A stretch of DNA of 60,028 bases, the filler included, from Streblomastix strix (lineage: Eukaryota): NCBI GenBank assembly GCA_008636045.1. It is 3 parts of 3 records of this genome, joined end to end, with 100 filler letters (N's around TTAATTAATTAA, not from the genome) between each part and the next. Parts side by side here need not be neighbours in the genome. Positions count along the whole stretch, not along the records: positions 40,095 to 60,028 come from SNRW01000474.1; 2 more parts are not named here. One strand, given 5' to 3'. This document shows, piece after piece, positions 52,606 through 60,028 of the stretch. The translations under genes and the position numbers were made by a program. The notes below the pieces were generated by a model. It had not been told where the DNA came from, searched no databases, and saw only the letters and a program-made list of their open reading frames with translations. Numbering within the stretch: the first letter of the stretch is position 1; each line of letters opens with the position of its first letter.

Positions 52606-55586
52606 TCAATTCCAGTTCTTACCCCACTCTAACTCGCGCGATCCAACAGCACCTCTAGTCAGCGGAACTGCGCGTCTTTCAAATCTTTACACTCTGAATG
52701 AAGATCCCGCCTGGTAGAGGAGTGCCTGAATATTTATAAATAGAAAGTGTGATGATAATAAATAATATGTACTAATACCCAAAATCTGATAGCAGATGGT
52801 ATATTTATCACAAAATTCTATTATTCTTAATCTTCTACTAGGAAAATTAGTGTCTTTGGACTAGAATCCATATTAACCTATAAAATTGATAAAATAAAAT
52901 TACAATATTTTTATCATCATGTAGTTTTCATTCATCCAAATATTCATTTTATCCAATAATTAAATAATAAAATGTCATTTTCATACTTCCATTGCTATTT
53001 TCTATCCACATTCTAATTGAACATTACCCTAATGAAAAAATATTATTTGAATGAATGAAAAATTAATATTTGAATGAATGAAAAATTAATATTTGAATGA
53101 ATGAAAAATTAATATTTGAATGAATGAAAAATTAATATTTGAATGAATGAAAAATTAATATTTAAATGAATGAAAAATTAATATTTGAATGAATGAAAAA
53201 TTAATATTTGAATGAATGAAAAAATATTAATAATATAATTTCATCATTTACTAAGTCATTACCTTTATAAAACCATTTCCAACATGAGAAAGATCTCCAC
53301 TAATATTTAACATTTCATATTTTAATAGTGATATAAAAATAAAGGAATGAAATTTGGAAAAATTATAAAATGAGTAATTCTATTTTAATGTTTATATAAA
53401 ATATTAAACATACTCTTTTTCGTATCTTATATTCATCTGCTTATCTGCTTTATAATTTAATTGTATTTAAAAATATTATTAGAAAATAATGAGCAAAATA
53501 ATATAATAAAGAGAAATAAAATAATCTTTCATTTATTCATAATCAAAATTAATCTATAAAATAATTCTTACTGTATGGATTAAAGCTCCCATTGATATTA
53601 ACAGAAGCATCTACTATTCCAATGCCTATAAATGAGTTGGAATAACAAAAATAAAGACATTAATTAGTATATAATCTTCATAATATCAATTCTTCATATA
53701 AATTCATACAGAATGGTAATCTATCACTCTTTTGAAATACAATCTCAAATCTTACAGTACCATATGAAATGATTGGATCTGGTTTGATATAAAACAATAA
53801 TATAAAATATTAAAATACTTTCTTATGCAATCATTTATACATTCATACCAGCGCATATAGTACATCTTTTATCATTACCATCAGTATGAATGAATGAATT
53901 CAATTCAGCTCTTCCATTATTCAATTCTTATACTTTTAATGTTGGTACAATGGCAATTTTAAGAGAAGCGATCATTTCATTGAGACGAATAATCTCTGCA
54001 TTTGATTTTTCTTTAGCAAGTCTTTCTTTCTATTTCTCTTCTATTTCTCTCTCTAATTCTAATTTATATTTCCCTTTTCCTTATTTCTCACTTTCAGCAA
54101 CAATCTTTTCTCTTTCTTATTTCAATCTTTCATTTTCATCTCTAATTTTATCTCTTTCCTTAATAATCTTCTCATTATCTTCTTTTAGTTTGAGTAATTC
54201 ATCAACTTTATTGATCTGGTCATTCTCATACAGTTGCATCTCCTCATCAATGTCATTCTGGCCCAATTTCTCTTTTATTCTTCCATAATCTTGCTTTACT
54301 TTTTCATTCTCTCTTCTGAGTCTCCAATTTTCACCTTCAATTCTTCCTTTGTCAAATTCTGCTTCTTTTCTTCTTTTCTCTTCTTCAATTGATTTGTTCA
54401 TTTCTTATTCTGCTTTTTCTTTCTGTTTCTCATATTCTTCTGTTTTAATCTTAGCGTCATTTAATGCATTGTTTAACTTATCTTATAATTCAATGGATTA
54501 CTTTTCTACTATTTCCAATCTCTGAATTGCACTGTCTCTTTATATTTCTTCTTCTCTTTTGTCTTTCTATGCTTATTATCTCTTCTTTATTTCTTCAGAT
54601 GTTATATTTCTTTCTTTTGTTATTTATTCTTTTGTCTCATTTTATATCTTTAATATTATTAATTTGGTTTCATTCTTCTTCTTATCTAATATTTCCTATT
54701 ACTCTTTCTCAAGTTACTCAACTTTCTCATTATAATCTCTTTTCATTTTTTCAATTATTGAATTTGATTCATTTCTTAATTATTCATTATCTTCTACTTC
54801 TCTGATATATTTCGCTTCGAATTCGTTCATTCTTTTGTTCTTTTATTCCAATTCTGTTTTAATTCTTTCATTTTCTTTCTTCAATTAATCTGATTCCCAA
54901 ATCAATTTACGATTCTCCTTTTCAATATTCCTTCTCTTTTCTGTTTCAAAATCTTTCTTTTCTTCACTTCTCTTTGATTGTTTAATTGATTCATTCTTTT
55001 ATTCTATCGCCATCAGCATTCCTTATTCTGCAATTCTTCTTTCTTCTTCTTTTTCTATGTATTTTCATTCATTTTCTTTATCTTTCTTTATTGTTTTAAT
55101 CTTTTCTTACTTCATCTCTTCTTTAATTGAACTTAGCAGTTATTCTAATTCAACCAATTTTGCCTCACAAATTGATGCTCTTTATTCTGCTTCATTGGCT
55201 CTTAATATTTGTTTCTCTTTTTCTTCCATTTCTTTCTTCAATCTTTCGCTGTTTTCAATTCGCTTCTTCTTTTCTTCTTCTTTGTTCTCTTCTGTTTTCT
55301 AAACATTTTCTTTTTCTTTATGTAATTCATCTTCAATTTATTATATTTATTTAACAAGTTCCTTTCTAGCTTCCTTTTCTCTCAGAAGTTGTTCATCTGA
55401 ATCTAATTTCAGACTGTTTGTGTTTTTATGATCTTCTTTTTCATTTTCAAGTTGAATTTCAAGATCACTAATCTCTTCTTATTTCTCTCGCTCAATTTCA
55501 GCCTTTTCTTTTCGCAATTCCTGTATTAAATCAGTCAATCTACGGTTTTCTTCCTATAAATCCTAAATTAACTCACTTCCTTTCAT
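52606..55586 (-). CDS. Long coiled-coil protein with C-terminal SPRY/B30.2-like beta domain
   Basis: ATG 55586 (MKGSELIQDLQEENRRL...), then a ~1.7-kb E/K-rich exon. Spliced tail: DPIISYGTVRFEIVF, IGIGIVDAS, GDLSHVGNGFIKGN, IAME|VNMDSSPKTLIFLVEDQEQQNFVINIPSAIRFW, GSRELEWGKNWN then TGA. Confidence 0.82.
53044..53224. repeat. Intronic minisatellite, 23-bp unit tatttgaatgaatgaaaaattaa x~8
   Basis: Near-perfect head-to-tail copies without spacers. Confidence 0.92.
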
Positions 55587-56108
55587 TTTCTGGGGGAAAG
55601 AATAGTAAAATTGTTTGTAAAGTTTAAAATGAATAATAGATTAGAATATACACATAATTATAGAAAAAAATAATATAAATAATAGTTGCATTCGGTGATG
55701 TGATTGGATTTGTAAAAAAATATTTGTTGTTTTTTGGTTTGATCATCTGTATCCATAATTTGTAGTATTTTTATTGTAAATTTGCATTAAATAATGCTAA
55801 AATAATAAATTTATCTAAATTTATTCAAATATTAATATATTTCTGGCATTATCTAGCTTTTTACTCTTCATCAGAAATTCTAATCAAATATTTTCATAAA
55901 TTCATGCAGTAATATAAATATTTAATATCAAAAATATATCGATCGTGCTAAATTAAACATAAAATGATGTAATGCAACCAGTGTAACAAGCTTAAAAACC
56001 GTGTTTTGGATTAATACTTTGGCTCTTTTTGTACGTGACTTATTTCCCTCGATTATTTTTGATTTTTTTGATTTTTATTAATTATATTTTACCTTTTATA
56101 GTAATAGG

Positions 56109-59100
56109 ATGAGTGGAGCAGCAGAGCCAGCCCAGGAAGAGAATTTTTCTGTTCCGTTGCTTCTTGGCGACCTGCGCAGCGAGGTTTTTGAGCACAAACT
56201 GGGCTGCGCAAAGCGATTGAGCATGATATCGCTTGCTATCGGTCCAGAGCGTACACGAAATGAACTATTAACATTGATTTCTGGTATTTAATCTTTTTAT
56301 ATATATTTTCGCTATTTTCTCTGGTAATACAATATATTTAGACTTCTTTGATGTAGAAGATGAAGTTTTATGTGTTGTCGCTGAAGAACTTGGAAATATA
56401 GTCCCATTCATTGGTATGGATCATATTTCTATTTAAAATAATTTATAAACTTCTGACATTCATGTACAGGAGGACCTCAATTCTACAAATATATACTTAC
56501 ACCTCTCGAAAAGCTCTGCACAGTTGAGGAGATTTGCGTAACAGAGAAATCAGTTGCATCCATCTCGCTGATGATCCATCAATCTACCGAACCCACACTC
56601 GAAGCTCACTTCATGGACCTGCTCAATAGGATACAGCTTGGAGAGTGGTATACAGCTAAGGTCAGTGCATGTGCACTTATACCGTTCATATACAAGATAT
56701 ATCCAATCTAGAGAGATGAACTCATTAGGTATTACATGAATTATTGTTTGTTAATTCATTTTTATTTCTTTTTTAATTTCAGAATGTTCAATCTTCATGC
56801 ATAGGATGCAACTCCAATGATTCGTCAGGCTGTAGCTAAGAACTTAGTGGTTTGAAACAGACAATATATTTTTAACATTAATTAATTCTTAATTTATTTC
56901 CAACTAATACAGCCACTAATTGCATTATTTGAACCACCAGCAATTGTAGCAACTGCACTTCCACTTATGAAGAAGTTAGCTGAAGATGAACTTGATGTTG
57001 TAAGAATCAACGTTGCTAATGTCATTATCGCTCTCATGAAATAATTATCTCCAGGTTTGTTATATTTAATACATTTAATTATAATTATTATTACTATTAC
57101 TAAAATAGTAATGAAAGAATTTGTACTAATTTATAATAATAACTATAATTATCTTTGTATTATACAGATGATATATCTAATTCTGTAATTCCATCAATGA
57201 AGGTTCTTGCAGGAGACAAATCATGGAGAGTCAGACAGCGTGTTGCAAGCTTGATGAAAGATGTTAATATAATAATAATAATTATTATTATTTTAATTGT
57301 ATTAAATAATAATATTTCATTTATCTTATATATATTGCTAATAGATATGTTAACTGTGCAAAGGAGATGTACTTTGCAATGATGCCATCAACATCATCGT
57401 TCGTCTTCTAAAAGATGATGAAAGTGAAGTATTAATAATAACAAAATAATAATAATAATATTAATTTATTATATTACAATTATACTTATATATTCCAAAA
57501 GGTTCGTGTTCTTTCCATTTAACAACTTCCTCTCGCTGCTGCAATCATTCTTCCAGTTCAAGGTTTAGAATATATTAATTAATTATAGAATATTAATAAT
57601 AAACATTTTTTCATATTTTTATTTATATTCAAACTGAAGCTTCTGGTGCATAGCAGGGAATTACTACTTCTCCAGGTATTAGAAGAATAAAATATCAAAT
57701 GAATTTTTAATATTTATTACTTTTCCACTCAAATTAATTATTCTTATTCTTATTCTTATTCTTAATCTATTATTACCATACATTATTATTGACAGCTGTT
57801 GAATCACTTTTCTATAAAGAAATCACACCCATCCTTCGCAACTTGATTCATGATGATATATAGAGGTATATATATATATATATTTAATTATATATTAAAT
57901 ATTTATATGTATTTAAATTTAAAAATATATTAAATATTTATATGTATTTAAATTTAAAAATATATTAAATATTTGTATAAATTTATATTTAATTATATAT
58001 TAAATATACAAATATTTAATTTATATTTAATTATATATTAAATATTTGTATATGTATAATTTATTAGAGTTCGTGAAGCAGCAGCTGCAACAGTTGCACT
58101 TCTCTCTCCAGTTTATAAGAAAGAGAAAACAGTGAGTGAACTTATTCCAATTGCTAAAGATGTTTTATAGAATGAAGAAACTCCAGAAGTATATAATAAT
58201 AAGGACAATAATATTACTTATTATTTTTTATATTATTATTTCTGATTAAAGGTTCGTTTTGCATTCCTTACTAAAGTGGATCAACTTCTTTCAGTAATTG
58301 AATCTGGAGCTGTTTCTGACCTTCTTAGATAACATTTAGAGCCTTTAGCTACTGATAGGTTAATTTATTATATACATTATTATGTACTTTATTTAATTTA
58401 TTAATAAGGAGATAATATATTTATATGTATTTATTAATATATATATATACAATTATAATATTCTGATATTTTTATAATCAAATAACACCTTACTTTATTT
58501 ATTCAGACAATGGCGTATTCGTCAATCTGTTCTTCTTCTTATTCCAATATTGGCTAAAATTATGCCTCCTGATTTCTTCAACACTGCAAATCTACTCAAA
58601 ATATCCTTAAATCTTTTGGGTGATTCAGTCTTTGCAGTTAGAGAGAGTGCATGCTCTAATCTTAAGGTGAATAATATACATAATTATTTGTATTATTTAA
58701 ATTAATATACTATATGCATACTTCATTATATTGTAAATAATTGATTATTAATACTTTAATAGGAGTTAACAATCATTATGGGAGAACAATGGGCAAAAAC
58801 AGTTCTTATTCCAAACATTACAAAGATTGCTGCAGAAAAGAACTACTTGTATCGCATGACAACACTCTTTGCTGTTTAGGTTTATTCAGAATAAAAAAGA
58901 ATTATTGCAAATTAATTTATGATATAATACTTGAATATATTTAGGAATATTTCTTGTTACATTTTTTAATTTCTTTTTGTCTAATATTACCAGTCTCTTT
59001 CAACAGCATTCTCTGGTGAAGATATAGAAAGTAATCTTCTTCCAATCATTAATCCATTAGTTCGAGATAATGTTCCTAATATTCGGTATTTTTAAAGATT

Positions 59101-59405
59101 AATTAATTGAATTTTTGAAAATCATTGACTGAAAATTGAAGAAATTTTAATATTTTTTTTATTTAAAATTAAATTGCAGGTTCAATCTTGCTCGTACACT
59201 CCGCCATCTTGCTGACAAACTTAGCTCAGACGTAATAAAGTATTTTTATTTAACTCATTTTTGTTTTTGTTATCTATTTATTCTTTTATGTCACATCAAT
59301 ATTAGGACAAAGATTTAACCAGTTCTTGAGCATCTTCTCCTCGACAAAGATAAAGATGTCAAGTTCTTTGCCCAACAAGCACTTCAAGAATTGAACCAAA
59401 AATGA
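56109..59405 (+). CDS. PPP2R1A: Protein phosphatase 2A scaffold subunit A (PR65), ~16 introns
   Basis: LAIGPERTRNELL, EDEVLCVVAEELG, LEKLCTVEE, DATPMIRQA, DKSWRVR, ETPEVR, QWRIR, DSVFAVRESA, NYLYRMTTL, DNVPNIRFNLA, DKDKDVKFFAQQAL; TGA at 59403-59405. Confidence 0.95.
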
Positions 59406-59594
59406 AATTGGGTATTCCAGAAATTAGGCAAGGCTAAATCAGCACAAAGTGAATTTCCATTACACCATTAATCACTAATAATAATAAAATAAAATAAATT
59501 TCCTAATATTTTATATTTTTATTTCTTAATTTATAAATAATGAATGTAAAAACTGTCCTGAAAAATTATTCTCTTTACTAAAATCTCTTTATCT

Positions 59595-59925
59595 ACCTTT
59601 GTCAAACTTTTTTATTCTGCTTTTTCTTTCTATTTCTCATATTCTTCTGTTTTAATCTTAGCTTCATTTAATGCATTGTTTAACTTATCTTATAATTCAA
59701 TGGATTACTTTTCTACTATTTCCAATCTCTGAATTGCACTGTCTCTTTATATTTCTTCTTCTCTCTTATCTTTCTATGCTTATTATCTCTTCTTTATTTC
59801 TTCAGATGTTATATTTCTTTCTTTTGTTATTTATTCTTTTGTCTCATTTTATATCTTTAATATTATTAATTTGGTTTCATTCTTCTTTTTAATGCAATTT
59901 GTTTTCAATTTATTATATTTGTACA
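59595..59925 (-). pseudogene. Remnant paralog of the coiled-coil/SPRY gene
   Basis: About 59612-59890 is nearly identical to about 54405-54683 (offset 5207). It has an internal deletion relative to the parent and an out-of-frame upstream piece resembling ~55320-55350. Confidence 0.75.
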
Positions 59926-60028
59926 CCCCTTGTAACTGATATTTTAAAGTATTTATCTTAAAGTACAAACTGTGCCTCTCCTAATGAACAATTTTGTGTA
60001 TATTTGATTAATTTTATAGATATATATA

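Noticed and set aside
53044..53224. CRISPR-like regular repeat
   Set aside because: No unique spacers and no cas genes; it is a eukaryotic intronic minisatellite.
218..59892. Most ORF-track entries (hydrophobic F/L/I/S-rich peptides)
   Set aside because: They are antisense or off-frame shadows of E/K/Q-rich genes, produced by applying the standard code.

Overview
Very AT-rich eukaryotic (protist) genomic scaffold with short GT-AG spliceosomal introns and a non-standard genetic code: TAA and TAG encode Gln and TGA is the only stop (translation table 6). The supplied standard-code ORF track is therefore mostly fragments or antisense noise. The gene families (NEK kinase fused to ARM-like modules, coiled-coil plus SPRY-like protein, ARM-like protein with STGGG and EQEGGAEE motifs) resemble those of an oxymonad such as Streblomastix; that assignment is inference. 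Contents in order: a long Q/S/K-rich AT-hook protein (-); a dual-specificity-phosphatase-like pseudophosphatase (+) with in-frame TGA codon(s); an ARM-like protein (-); ATM/Tel1 (-, 5' truncated by a gap); three tandem NEK-ARM genes with 5128-bp spacing and mosaic identity (+); a degenerate region interrupted by a GC-rich, probably mobile insert; a WD40 protein (-); CFAP221/PCDP1 (-); a coiled-coil/SPRY-like protein (-); the PP2A scaffold A subunit (+); and a paralog remnant. There are three N gaps, two of them with an artificial TTAATTAATTAA linker. The most interesting signal is an in-frame TGA, the only stop left in this code, inside the conserved DSP domain of an otherwise intact ~1160-codon gene. 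It is a candidate for selenocysteine or readthrough recoding.
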